Notes: a model not told the origin generated them from the letters alone. A stretch of DNA of 64,000 nucleotides from Candidatus Aminicenantes bacterium (GCA_963702005.1 OY969696.1:3040001-3104000), one strand, 5' to 3'; positions 41,884-52,114 are shown, counted from the stretch's first letter. Numbers and translations: made by a program.

Positions 41884-42636
41884 TCATTTGGCGGCATGAA
41901 CCGCTATGACTTGTGGAATACGTTTTCTTTTTCCTCCCCCTGAAATCCTTATTGAACTAGAATCTTGAACAAGCTGATGAGCAATATAGAAACCATCAAT
42001 AATCGGCATAAAGAAAAGGGCACGGCCAAGAAGTCGTATCCTCTCCTCATGTTGAACGAGTTGAACTCCCCACGCATGATATGAATCGCCGGAATCTAAT
42101 AAAACGTACCCTCCAGATATCAACCGATCACAGATACGAATTGCTATCTCTGCATTAGTATTCGAGACCTCACAATGAAAATCTAAGAAATTTAGATGTC
42201 TATATTCACCAGATTTTATCTCAACTTTTGACTTTAAGCCTATCGAATACTGGCTATTTCTTTTCAATAGCTTACTAAGCTCGTGTTTCAATATTTTATC
42301 TCTCGTAATTTCAAGATCTTCACCTGACCCCTGATGATATAGCGCCGCGTCAAACAGGGCGTTATTAGATTGACCTTTTTTCAAACAGGTCAAGAATATA
42401 CTTTCCCAAAAAGGAATTCCCATCTCTTTTCTTGTCTTAAGAGCTTCGTTAATTATTTTCACCTCGAAAGTGCTCATTTTAATTCGCTCCTGTACGTTTG
42501 GAGGAGCCTTATAAAAACTTATTATGACTTTTTCTATCATTTCATTACAGCTTACCACTTTTTCAAATGCCTCAACTGCAGACATCCCTACCTTTATGCC
42601 CATATTCTGTATAGAGCTTCGCCTTGTTGCAGACAT
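41884..42636 (-). CDS. Minimal archaeo-eukaryotic primase (AEP)-like protein
   Basis: Candidate AEP motifs FLDFH (I), DSGDSYH (II) and IIDG (III); start 8 bp after the patatin stop. Confidence 0.6.
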   Translation of the reverse strand: MSATRRSSIQNMGIKVGMSAVEAFEKVVSCNEMIEKVIISFYKAPPNVQERIKMSTFEVKIINEALKTRKEMGIPFWESIFLTCLKKGQSNNALFDAALYHQGSGEDLEITRDKILKHELSKLLKRNSQYSIGLKSKVEIKSGEYRHLNFLDFHCEVSNTNAEIAIRICDRLISGGYVLLDSGDSYHAWGVQLVQHEERIRLLGRALFFMPIIDGFYIAHQLVQDSSSIRISGGGKRKRIPQVIAVHAAK

Positions 42637-42644
42637 GACCGATA

Positions 42645-44612
42645 TTATACAGGGCGTACTGCGCCCTCTATGCTTCGAAAACAATCATAATTAAACTCAT
42701 CCATTCTACGGCGAGGATCGAGGTGTCTAGTAGAAAGGATTGCTCTTCTTGGATCAATCGGTTTCCCGGGAAGATTTTCCTTTACTCCATCCACTATTAA
42801 ACAGCTTATCCGTTCAATTCCATTACGAAAACAATATAAAACGCGCGTATTGCCCTCAATGGCAATTTTATGTGTACCGTGTATCTCCACTACTGGCGGA
42901 GTTACTGTTGAAACCATATCGTTTCCTGAGAATACGCCCGCAACCTCAAACAAAGGAATACTTGATGACTTATAGCTTTCTACTAATAAAGCTATTTGTC
43001 TATACTTGTATGCACGAATGTATTGTGTGATAAGTTCGATATCAAATACCGATAATTCACCGAGTTCTATCCTAACATCTCTTGATGAATACTGGCCTAC
43101 ATTCCTCTTCAGTAAATCAATAATGCTATTTTCATTTAAAGGCCTCAAAGCTAATTTAAAAGGCGTTTTTTTTGAAAACATTCCTGAAAACTGATCACAT
43201 ACGGTAGCAATAATTTCTCTATGAATTGATCCTATATACGCTGTTGCCTTTGGCGCGTCTTCTGTTCCCCTATTATGAAAAACAATAGCAACATCTCTAT
43301 TATTGTCTTCGCGCCGAATAAAGTATCCGCTCATAAGAATATCTGGTTGCTCTTTCACTTCCACGCCCAGTGAAGTTAGGAGATTTCTTCTATGTTTTTC
43401 ACGAAGGGCCTTCTCGCCTGATATTGATATTGGTTTAACAATAACGTTCACTTTCGTGCCATTTGCAAGCCAACGATAAACGGAAGGAAATAACTTCCAA
43501 AACCATTCGGTGTCTGGTTCAACTATATATATTTCTTTTGAGGGTTCGATAGATGATCTAACCACAGTATCAAATAGCTCGTCTTTGTCCCAACAGGTTA
43601 TTTCATTGTTGGATGAGTTACGAATTTTCACATCCTCATTTTTTACAAAATCTTGCATAGCTTGATATCCAGAGGTACTTAAACGACTGATATCTTCAGA
43701 TGTAATTTTGTTAAAGTCTGTCGCACGGGTAGTCCCAGTAGGAATTGATACTACATGAACATCTCCTTTAATTGCTATTTGAAGTTCTGTAGCTCCAGAA
43801 ACAAGTGTTGTCACTAGCCTTTCTACGAATGAATTTATTGACCATTCCCAGTTTCTCGCCATTTCTTCTTCAAGCCTGAAAGCAAGAATCCGTCCCCCTA
43901 GTGATACTCCAGGCCTCTGGTCCGCATCAGCATAAACAAATGATGGAAGATTGCTCAGCATCCCCCCATCCACATAAAGATTTGTTCCCACGTGTACAGG
44001 CTGGAAATAAATTGGGATAGAACAAGAACATCGAACCGCAAGGCTCACACTCTCATTAGGAGTCTCTTCTGTTCCCCAAACCTTCGCCTTCCCTGCAACA
44101 AGATCTGTAGCAATGATTCTCGTCGGAATTAATAGATCTTTAAAAGTAATAGGCCCTGGGATAGAGGGGATTAATTTTGATAGAAGATCATCCATTAGTT
44201 TTTCTATTGGTTTTGAAGAATATATCCCTCCGTAAATGATTACTTTTCCAAATCCATCGATGAGTTTTATCTTCCTAAGTAAAAAGGATCTCAAAAAATG
44301 GGCAATTATTCTTATCCATAATCTTGATTCGAATTCATATTTCTCGGGCTTTGCGAGTAAACTTGAAAAACTCAAATTACTAATCGTATTTTTCAGAAGT
44401 TCTGGGGTTGCTCCCGCACCTACTAAAGCTGCCAAGATAGAACCGGCAGATGTTCCAGCGACCTCAGAGAAGTATATTCCACTTTTTATTGCAGCATCAT
44501 ATGCTCCGATATGAGCGGCAGCTCTGCATCCTCCGCCCTCGAATACACCTCGACAGGCATCAAAAAAAGCAGTTTTTGGAATATCATGAAGCGAACTATT
44601 ATTCTTTGGCAT
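42645..44612 (-). CDS. Patatin-like phospholipase fused to PLD/TrmB-like and ParB/Srx-like domains
   Basis: EGGGCR, GTSAG and VDGG patatin motifs; C-terminal PPVV...IEGNTR ParB-like motif; AT-rich. Confidence is high for patatin and moderate for the other domains. Confidence 0.82.
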   Translation of the reverse strand: MPKNNSSLHDIPKTAFFDACRGVFEGGGCRAAAHIGAYDAAIKSGIYFSEVAGTSAGSILAALVGAGATPELLKNTISNLSFSSLLAKPEKYEFESRLWIRIIAHFLRSFLLRKIKLIDGFGKVIIYGGIYSSKPIEKLMDDLLSKLIPSIPGPITFKDLLIPTRIIATDLVAGKAKVWGTEETPNESVSLAVRCSCSIPIYFQPVHVGTNLYVDGGMLSNLPSFVYADADQRPGVSLGGRILAFRLEEEMARNWEWSINSFVERLVTTLVSGATELQIAIKGDVHVVSIPTGTTRATDFNKITSEDISRLSTSGYQAMQDFVKNEDVKIRNSSNNEITCWDKDELFDTVVRSSIEPSKEIYIVEPDTEWFWKLFPSVYRWLANGTKVNVIVKPISISGEKALREKHRRNLLTSLGVEVKEQPDILMSGYFIRREDNNRDVAIVFHNRGTEDAPKATAYIGSIHREIIATVCDQFSGMFSKKTPFKLALRPLNENSIIDLLKRNVGQYSSRDVRIELGELSVFDIELITQYIRAYKYRQIALLVESYKSSSIPLFEVAGVFSGNDMVSTVTPPVVEIHGTHKIAIEGNTRVLYCFRNGIERISCLIVDGVKENLPGKPIDPRRAILSTRHLDPRRRMDEFNYDCFRSIEGAVRPV

Positions 44613-44708
44613 TATATCCCCCAACCATATAACCTTACTTTGAATTTTTAGCATGAAATTGAAAATAAATCAATCATTGTTCAAACTTCTAATAATATGA
44701 TCATTTTA

Positions 44709-45936
44709 AGGACCTCATCCCTTAAAAATGGTCCGGACATAATGTGAGTTTTCTGGCAAAATCTCTGGGAGGAGGTTTTGCCGATGAAGAAGTCGAAGTT
44801 CACGGAGGAGCAGATCGCGTTTGCGCTCCGCCAAGCCGAGACTGGGACACCGGTGGCAGAAGTTTGCCGGAAGATGGGGATCTCGGAGATGACGTTTTTC
44901 CGGTGGAAGAAGAAGTACGGAGGCCTCGGAGTTTCGGAGCTCCGTCGCTTGAGGCAGCTCGAGGAGGAAAACCGCCGGCTCAAGCGCATGGTGGCGGATC
45001 TGAGCCTCGAAAAACAGATGCTCTAGGATGTGCTCTCAAAAAAATTCTAAAGCCAGCTCAGAGGCGGGAGCGAGTGGTTGCTCTCGAGGAGGCCTATTGG
45101 GTGAGCGAACGGCGGGCCTGCCGGGTCTTCGGGTTCTGCCGTTGACAGCCGTACGTCCCACCGGTATCGCTCGCACCGCAGAGACGACCGGGCCCTGCGG
45201 CAGCGGATCGTCGAGATCGCGGAGACGCGCGTTCGGTACGGGTATCGGCGGGTCCATGTTCTGCTTCGGCGCGAGGGCTGGCGCGTCAATCACAAGCGGA
45301 CCTATCGGATCTACTGCCAGGAGGGGCTTAATCTAAGAAGGAAACGCCCTCGTCGTCATGTCTCCGGAAGCCGGCGGATGGAACGGCCGGAGGTCGAGCG
45401 TCCGAACGCCTGCTGGAGCATGGATTTTGTCGTCGACAGCTTCTTTAACGGCCACCGATTCCGGGCCTTAACGATAGTCGATAATTATAGTCGGGAGTGT
45501 CTGGCCATCGAAGCCGGCCAAAGCATGACGGGCGCGGAAGTCGCGGCTGTCATCGAGCGGCTGGTGAAGGAGCGGGGCGCTCCGGACCGCATCCAATGCG
45601 ACAACGGCAGCGAATTTATCTCAAGAGCCTTGGACAAGTGGGCGTATGAAAACGGGGTCATGATGGACTTCTCAAGGCCCGGTAAGCCTATGGATAACGC
45701 GATGATCGAGTCGTTCAACGGTTCATTCCGGGACGAATGCTTGAACGTCAATTGGTTCTTGTCGATGGAGGATGCCCGGGAGAAGATAGAGAAGTGGCGA
45801 ATGGATTACAATGAGTTCCGGCCGCACAGTTCGCTCGGAGACTTGACGCCGAGGCAATTCGTTGATACATACAAGAGAAGCTTAAAAAGCCAAAAAACTC
45901 CATTTTTGGCTGGACCAGTTCTGGGGTGCGGCTCCC
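44709..45936 (+). mobile_element. IS3-family element, defective copy 2
   Basis: Same IRL as copy 1; orfA MKKSKFTEEQI with premature TAG at 45024; A7 slippery site; same 10-bp insertion in orfB at 45143; IRR about 45907-45936. Confidence 0.93.
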
Positions 45937-46199
45937 TGGGTCGGGCACTGGTCCGCGGGAGACGCCTTCGATTCGTCGCTTTCCCCGGACGAGGAACTCT
46001 TCGGCCCGGACGCCTTCGAGGGGGAGGCATACTGTGCCCATGCGCACGCGTGGCCCCTCTACTGCTACTACCGGCTGCGTGAAGCGCGCTGACGGCGGTC
46101 GGCCTGCGAGGCCCGTCTCGCGGGCACGGTGGGAGGCCGTCACCGTCGAGACCGGTCTCCGGGCTTGCATATCGCGTGTTGTCGCGGATTACGTGTGCG

Positions 46200-47249
46200 T
46201 TATTCCTTGGTCGTGATTTTCGTCGCGAAGTCGAAGCGTCCGGCTTCTCGCCCGGCCAGTGCACCCAGGGCAAGCGTAATCATCTGAACCGGAAGAATTT
46301 CAAGAATCGGTTGTACGGCAATGGGAAGATCCGGCAACACACATGGAGAAATATTTGATCGATGACTTACCAATTCGGCTTTCCCACCGTGCTCCCGAAT
46401 GTCCTCCAACAGACTCTCGTTAAGCTTCTGCGCTTTACGATCGCCCCCAAAAATGAGCACAAATGTTTCCTTGCTGAGCATCTCCAGCGGGCCATGGCGA
46501 AATGCAGCGCTGCTCAGGCCTTCTGCCGCAAAGTGTGCCGACTCTTTCACGATCAGCGCGCCAGTGCCAACGGCGGACAGAGAATTGCCGCGTCCCACAA
46601 AAAACAGGTGGCGGACCGCTTCGAGCAAGCCCGCAAACTGCTCCGCATAGCCGCGCCAATGAGATAGATACTCGTCCACCTCTTGGGCAGCACACTGCAG
46701 TTCCTTGCGGCTTTTTCGCAGGTCCCGGTTGGCAATTACATCTGCTAGCCACTGCAAAGCCATTAGGCTGGACATGTACGTCTTACAGGAAACAGAAAAC
46801 TCGACTCCCGCGCGCGTTAGAATCAGAGCCTCCGCATTTCTTGCCAACGGGCTGTCTTGTGTATTGGTCACGGCGATCACGGGAGCCTTGCCCCGATTCA
46901 CGCGCAACAGCCGGACAATCTCCACGCTCTGTCCCGATTGCGAAACGGCCACCACAAGATTTTTGGAGTCAAAGAGTCGGCTCTTGTAATGCACCAGCTC
47001 CGAGGTTTCCACCATGAACGCAGAAAGACCCAGCTGAATCAGTTGGTTGTGTAAAGGATGAAGAGCATGAAAGGAAGAGCCCATGCCGGTCAGGACGATC
47101 GATTTAAAGCGCCCTTTGTAGATTCGCCCAGCAAGAGACTGAAGGGGTTTCGATTCTTCGAGGCTTGCTAGGGTGTCGAACAGCGCCTGAGGTTGCGCAA
47201 GAATGTCTCGCAGATACTGGCCTTCGGTAATTGTGAACTCACTGGGCAT
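46200..47249 (-). CDS. SIS-domain sugar-phosphate isomerase/deaminase (GlmS-like)
   Basis: TGMGSS, SQSGQS, TNTQDSPL and FRHGPLE motifs. Confidence 0.88.
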   Translation of the reverse strand: MPSEFTITEGQYLRDILAQPQALFDTLASLEESKPLQSLAGRIYKGRFKSIVLTGMGSSFHALHPLHNQLIQLGLSAFMVETSELVHYKSRLFDSKNLVVAVSQSGQSVEIVRLLRVNRGKAPVIAVTNTQDSPLARNAEALILTRAGVEFSVSCKTYMSSLMALQWLADVIANRDLRKSRKELQCAAQEVDEYLSHWRGYAEQFAGLLEAVRHLFFVGRGNSLSAVGTGALIVKESAHFAAEGLSSAAFRHGPLEMLSKETFVLIFGGDRKAQKLNESLLEDIREHGGKAELVSHRSNISPCVLPDLPIAVQPILEILPVQMITLALGALAGREAGRFDFATKITTKE

Positions 47250-48183
47250 GAGGCTCTCCTGTCGGAGCGAAGCGGTGATACCAGACGCGAGCCGCGCCGA
47301 TAAGGTTGGCGTGCTCGCCGAGCGAGGCTAAAGCTATTTCCGTTTTTTCGTGAGGAACGTAGCGGCAACTGGCAGCAATAATCCCCCGAATATTATCGAG
47401 AAACAGATCGGCGCTCTTCATCACACTGCCGCCCAGAACAATCGCGTCTGGCACATACAGCGTAACGAGGTTCGCCACTCCCAACCCCAGATAGCGTCCT
47501 TCGTTTTCGACAGCACGCAGCGCCCACTCATCTCCGGTGCGCGCAAGGTCGCAGATTTTCTTCGCACTCAACTCCGTTCGGTGAACGTACTCGTGTGGGG
47601 CATTGCGCTGGATCCAGCTCACCATAGCCGGTCCAGCCGCCAGAGACTCCCAGCAGCCACGGAATCCACATTCGCAAACAGGGCCGGAAGCGTCAATCAG
47701 GTGATGCCCGATTTCCGGATGCGATTGGTTGACTCCTCGATACACCCGGCCGTCGAAGATAAGCCCAACTCCTATCCCGGTGCCGACGGTCACGTAAATG
47801 AGGTGCGATTTGTTGCGCCCTGCTCCCCAACCGGCTTCACCAAGGGCGGCGGCGTCCGCATCGTTTTCAATCGCGACGTCAACCTTAAATTGATTGTGAA
47901 GATCGCGAACCGGGTTTTCACCGCGCCAATCTGGAAAGAAATTTACATCGCCAATCTCTCCCGTCAGCGGGTAAATCGGGCCTGTGGAGCCGATGCCGAT
48001 TCCGGAAATACGCTCTCCCGTCGACAACTCAATCTTTCGCAGCAAGGAGATTACCCGTTCAATTGCAGCCTTGTATCCGGACTTCGCATCTGTGGGGGTC
48101 TCAAATCGTTCCAGTATTCGGCCGTTGGAATCAACGCCACCAACGGCAATCTTCGTGCCGCCTATATCAACCCCCGCAATCAT
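47239..48183 (-). CDS. ROK family sugar kinase
   Basis: GVDIGGTK, ENDADAAALGE, GTGIG, EIGH and CECGFRGCWE motifs. Confidence 0.92.
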   Translation of the reverse strand: MIAGVDIGGTKIAVGGVDSNGRILERFETPTDAKSGYKAAIERVISLLRKIELSTGERISGIGIGSTGPIYPLTGEIGDVNFFPDWRGENPVRDLHNQFKVDVAIENDADAAALGEAGWGAGRNKSHLIYVTVGTGIGVGLIFDGRVYRGVNQSHPEIGHHLIDASGPVCECGFRGCWESLAAGPAMVSWIQRNAPHEYVHRTELSAKKICDLARTGDEWALRAVENEGRYLGLGVANLVTLYVPDAIVLGGSVMKSADLFLDNIRGIIAASCRYVPHEKTEIALASLGEHANLIGAARVWYHRFAPTGEPHAQ

Positions 48184-48217
48184 CGAAAACGCTCCGTGCC
48201 GCGAATTGGCCTGAACA

Positions 48218-50392
48218 TTACTGTTTCCATTCGAAAATCACGGCATCAAATGGTTCAAGCCTGCTCTTCCAGGTGGAAGATTGCAGTTGCAGCGAAGTTG
48301 GCACAGTACCGGTAACCGTAGAAACGGAGCGCAAGTTCAGCGAGGACGTAACAGAAAATTCCTGGGCTTTGGCGCTGTGGTTGATCGCAACTATATACCC
48401 GCGATGATCACCACTTAACACCGACAATTCTATCTCCGGGCAATCCGCCTTAAACGCTGGCTTCCTGCCCGTCCAATCGCGAAAGGCCCCGTACAGCCGA
48501 TACGTTTCTTCCGGTTTGTCAAACACTGCAGGCGTTTCCGCCAGATAGTGTTCCAGAGGATAAGCGCTCAACAAAGTCTTACCGGAACCAATTTGATTCG
48601 TAACCAGCGCCGGATGACCGTCCTGATCTACCGCAATCACCTTGCCCGTGCTCACTTCCAATATTGTTCCCCAGGATTGGATCGACGAAGACGGCAACGA
48701 GTAATGAAGTGTGTCTCCCGGTTTAAAATCGCCGAACGGCTCAACAAATTTCAAGGTCACTTCCGAAGTAATCGCACGGTCCACCATCCGCGCCCCAAAC
48801 AACGAATCCATCTGTGGAACCGCTCCGTCGGCAGCCAAGGAGGCATATAGAAACCCGCCATTATCTACGTACTTCTGCGCCTTCTCATAAAAATCGCTGT
48901 GCACATGCGTCAGAAAAGGGTCACCGGTACTCGTCACCGGCGAGGGGAGAAAAATCATCGCGTGCTTGCCCCAATCGGAATACTCTCGCGGGAAATCCGC
49001 TTTCAACCCTGCGCGCCGCCCCAGCACGAACGAGGAAAGCGCCGATCCCATCAGCCAATGATTCCCGGAGTTGCCGTCTGGCTGTGTTTTTCCAGGAATT
49101 GCGTCCCCATCTGCGATTGAAAGATACGGCGTTACCTCCGGGCCGGTCAGCCCGAAGTGCGAGAAATCTCCATGTGTCTTTGCCCATTCATTCGGGATGA
49201 TGATGCCGATGTCAGCAGTTGCCGGTGAAAGTCCGCTCAGATCGAGCTGCCCAACTACCTTCGCAAATTTCTTGAACTCTCGAGCCAGTGGCTTGTCTTG
49301 CCGGTCCCACGTAGTCATTCCCCATCCGGTTTCCTGCGGCGTGCGCAGATACGGCACCTTATGAAATTGTTCCGGCGAAGCATCCGTATAACACCACAGG
49401 TCAACCCCGATACTTCCCGCACCGAGCCCGGAATATATTTGCGCCCGGTCATATGCCGCCACTCGCTCAGGCGAAAACTGCGCCGTCGACGCGCCCATTT
49501 CGTGAATCATCACCGGCCGTCCCGCTCCTTGGGATAGGGCGATCTCAAATGCGGCTCCGTATGTTCCTCGCGCAGATAGGAGTGCGTCCGGGAATAAATC
49601 CGTAACGTATAACGTAAATGGATGAACACTAAAGAAATCCACCGAACTCGCGATCGTGTCCGCTCGGAACGGACCGTGTGTCACTTCCTGCCCGCTTGTT
49701 CCCACCACGAGCGGGTGCATCTTGTCGTGTTTTCGAATCCCATCCGCAATCAGCCGCGTCCAGTTAATCGCCATGGCATCCGTCGTCTGCCCGTCCACGA
49801 TCCAGAACGGTGGTTCATCAGTGAGGTCCCACGCGATAATTCCAGTCTCATTGCCATACCGCCGACCGAACTCTTCTGCGAAATTCGTTTCCAGTCGCAA
49901 CATCTCCGGATCAGCATGCGGATGCCGTCCATGCCGCCACGGAACATCCCAATACGCCTCTCCAACTTCACCACCGATGAACAAGCTGGGATGTAAATAG
50001 ATTTTGTATTTGTGCGCAAGCGAAACGAGATAGTCCAGCTGTTGAAACGCCACTGGATTGTAATCGCCGGGCCGCGGCTCGAACCACGCCCACATCACAT
50101 CAAACCGCGCAACGCTGTAGCCAAGTTCATGCATCTTTGCGAAATCCGCTTCGATGTCCTTGGGATCCCACTGCACTGGCCATTGCATCGCCGCCTTTGC
50201 GGGCACCCAATGTGCGCCAACGGGCAGGAAGCGTTTCCCATCGGCGGAAAAATATGTGCCATCAAGATGAACTTGCGGCAGCTTGGCGGTTGCTTGCGCC
50301 TTTGCATTTTGCGCTGTGGCCGTCAAAGCAGAGGCGAACAGCGCACATGCGGCCAGGAAGCCATTGAGCCATGCATGATGGTTTCGGTTCAT
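48218..50392 (-). CDS. Secreted clan GH-A glycoside hydrolase (GH5/GH42-like) with C-terminal accessory domains
   Basis: Signal peptide; WAWFEPRPG, WDLTDEP (acid/base) and IHEMG (nucleophile). Confidence 0.75.
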   Translation of the reverse strand: MNRNHHAWLNGFLAACALFASALTATAQNAKAQATAKLPQVHLDGTYFSADGKRFLPVGAHWVPAKAAMQWPVQWDPKDIEADFAKMHELGYSVARFDVMWAWFEPRPGDYNPVAFQQLDYLVSLAHKYKIYLHPSLFIGGEVGEAYWDVPWRHGRHPHADPEMLRLETNFAEEFGRRYGNETGIIAWDLTDEPPFWIVDGQTTDAMAINWTRLIADGIRKHDKMHPLVVGTSGQEVTHGPFRADTIASSVDFFSVHPFTLYVTDLFPDALLSARGTYGAAFEIALSQGAGRPVMIHEMGASTAQFSPERVAAYDRAQIYSGLGAGSIGVDLWCYTDASPEQFHKVPYLRTPQETGWGMTTWDRQDKPLAREFKKFAKVVGQLDLSGLSPATADIGIIIPNEWAKTHGDFSHFGLTGPEVTPYLSIADGDAIPGKTQPDGNSGNHWLMGSALSSFVLGRRAGLKADFPREYSDWGKHAMIFLPSPVTSTGDPFLTHVHSDFYEKAQKYVDNGGFLYASLAADGAVPQMDSLFGARMVDRAITSEVTLKFVEPFGDFKPGDTLHYSLPSSSIQSWGTILEVSTGKVIAVDQDGHPALVTNQIGSGKTLLSAYPLEHYLAETPAVFDKPEETYRLYGAFRDWTGRKPAFKADCPEIELSVLSGDHRGYIVAINHSAKAQEFSVTSSLNLRSVSTVTGTVPTSLQLQSSTWKSRLEPFDAVIFEWKQ

Positions 50393-50456
50393 TTGAAATC
50401 TCCAAGAGGAAAACTGCAAATACTTCCCTCAGAATTTAAATCGCACGGCGATCTGC

Positions 50457-50738
50457 TCAGGCGACGCCGAGACGCGCGAGCCGCGTCTCGAGGTCGGCAC
50501 GCAGCCGTTCTTCCGCGTCGCGGCGGACTATCGACGTGCGCCCCTCGTAGCCACCCTCGTCGAGCATCGCGGCCGTCGGCAGATACTCGATCGACCCGCC
50601 GGTGAGGCTTACGGTTACGAGGTCGAGCTTCGGGTGGGCTGCACGCAAGGCCGCCGTCGTTTCGTACGGGATCTCCGTGTGCATGAAGGCGAGCGTCGCC
50701 CCCCCACCAAGGGCCAGCACGGCGAGGGGCAGCTCCAC
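50457..50738 (-). pseudogene. C-terminal fragment of a hypothetical (ceramidase-like) protein truncated by an IS end
   Basis: YLPTAAMLDEGGYE motif; very GC-rich; coding signal begins exactly at the IS terminus at 50739. Confidence 0.55.
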
Positions 50739-50790
50739 TGACCTGCCCCCATTCAATGTACCACCTCTAAAGTGAGATTTTCAAGCATTG
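50739..50790 (-). mobile_element. IS3-family right-end fragment
   Basis: TGACCTGCCCCCATTCAATGTACCACC, similar to 34494 and 41766. Confidence 0.7.
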
Positions 50791-50839
50791 AGGTGCTCCC
50801 GTCTCATGCAGAAGCCCATGCTTCATAGGGCTGCTTTTT

Positions 50840-51091
50840 CCACTGTGTCACTTTTGTGTCACCTATTTGCATTATTCCATGCAAACAATACAAACGGCGG
50901 GAACAGTACGAACCGCCCCGTTTCTACGTAAGTCGCTAATTCTTCAGTAAGTAGCTGACAATACCGGGCTTAGTCGAAAAAGCCCATTTTTCTTCCTGGA
51001 GGATTTTAAGTCCCTCCTCGGGAAGCCGGAAACCGTTTAAAAAGAGGCGTTTTCAGTTGACGGCCTCCGGCCAGGGACGATTCAGGGACGA
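50840..51091. other. att junction: TGTGTCAC arm, tRNA-Leu(TAA) anticodon-like core (51001-51015), CAGGGACGA arm
   Basis: Minus-strand AGGGACTTAAAATCC; tandem arm-type repeats on both sides; abuts the integrase 3' end. Confidence 0.7.
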
Positions 51092-52111
51092 AGCGGAGTC
51101 GTAGTTCAGCAGCTCGATTTCGTGCGCCATGAAATCCGGCGCAAGATGGGCGTAGCGGAGCGTCATGCTGATGGTTGAATGCCCGAGAATCCGCTGGAGC
51201 GAGATGATGTTGCCGCCCTTGGCGACGAAGTTGCTGGCAAATGTGTGCCTGAGATCGTGAAACCGGATTTTTCGTAATCCCGCGCTTTCAGCCGCTTTCC
51301 TCATCTCCGACCTGAAGTCGATGGTATGCATGCGTCCCTTTTCGTCGGGGAACACGTGCTCGCTATCGCCACACTTCAGGCATTCGCGAAGGATGGGAAG
51401 CAGCCGGGAATTGATGGGCACGTATCTCAGGCGCTTGCTCTTCGTTGAGCCGCTGCCGCTCCTTTCAACCCGAATCATCCTCCTTTCGAGGTCCACGTCT
51501 ATCCGTCTGAGGCCGACGATTTCGCCGACTCTCATGCCGGTATAGACAGCAGTGCTGGCGATGGGCAGGAAGTCGGGCGGACAATTGCGAAGGAAAAGCG
51601 CTACCTCATCCTCGCTGTAGTAGTCGAATCCCTTCTGGGGCTCGCGGAGCTGCTGGACCTGCTTCATCGGGCTGGCCGACAGGAATCCCCACCTGACCGC
51701 GTCGTTGAACATCTTGCGGAGAATCGCGAGCGTCCTGTTGATGGTCGCGGGCCGAATCAACAGCTCCCTGCTCTTCTTGTACTCGTCGACCATGCGCGGC
51801 GTGATGTAGCTGGCTTCCCTGTCGCCGAAATACGGAATCAGGTGCTTCGCAAGCCGCTCCCCGTTCTTCCGGTACTGGGACGGAGCATTGGAGACTTTCG
51901 AATAGTTTTCGAGCCAGTACCGGGCAAGCTGCCCGAAGGTCATCTTCCTTTTGACCGGGATGTCGAACCGGTCGTGAAAGATGTCCGCCTCAAACTTCCG
52001 GAGGGCTTCCATCGCTTCCCTCTTGGACCTCCCTACCATTCTCTTGTGCCTCTCGCCTCTGATAACGAAATTGACGTACCACTTTCCGTTATGCCTGAAA
52101 ATGGTAGCCAT
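51053..52111 (-). CDS. int: Tyrosine recombinase/integrase
   Basis: TGMRVGE, TKSK, FHDLRHTFAS and LGHST..MT.RYAHL motifs. Confidence 0.96.
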   Translation of the reverse strand: MATIFRHNGKWYVNFVIRGERHKRMVGRSKREAMEALRKFEADIFHDRFDIPVKRKMTFGQLARYWLENYSKVSNAPSQYRKNGERLAKHLIPYFGDREASYITPRMVDEYKKSRELLIRPATINRTLAILRKMFNDAVRWGFLSASPMKQVQQLREPQKGFDYYSEDEVALFLRNCPPDFLPIASTAVYTGMRVGEIVGLRRIDVDLERRMIRVERSGSGSTKSKRLRYVPINSRLLPILRECLKCGDSEHVFPDEKGRMHTIDFRSEMRKAAESAGLRKIRFHDLRHTFASNFVAKGGNIISLQRILGHSTISMTLRYAHLAPDFMAHEIELLNYDSASSLNRPWPEAVN

Positions 52112-52114
52112 TTG

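Noticed and set aside
41884-44612. Canonical CBASS operon (CapV plus CD-NTase)
   Set aside because: The partner lacks the Pol-beta-type GS...DxD nucleotidyltransferase signature, and no Cap2/Cap3 or TRIP13/HORMA genes are adjacent.
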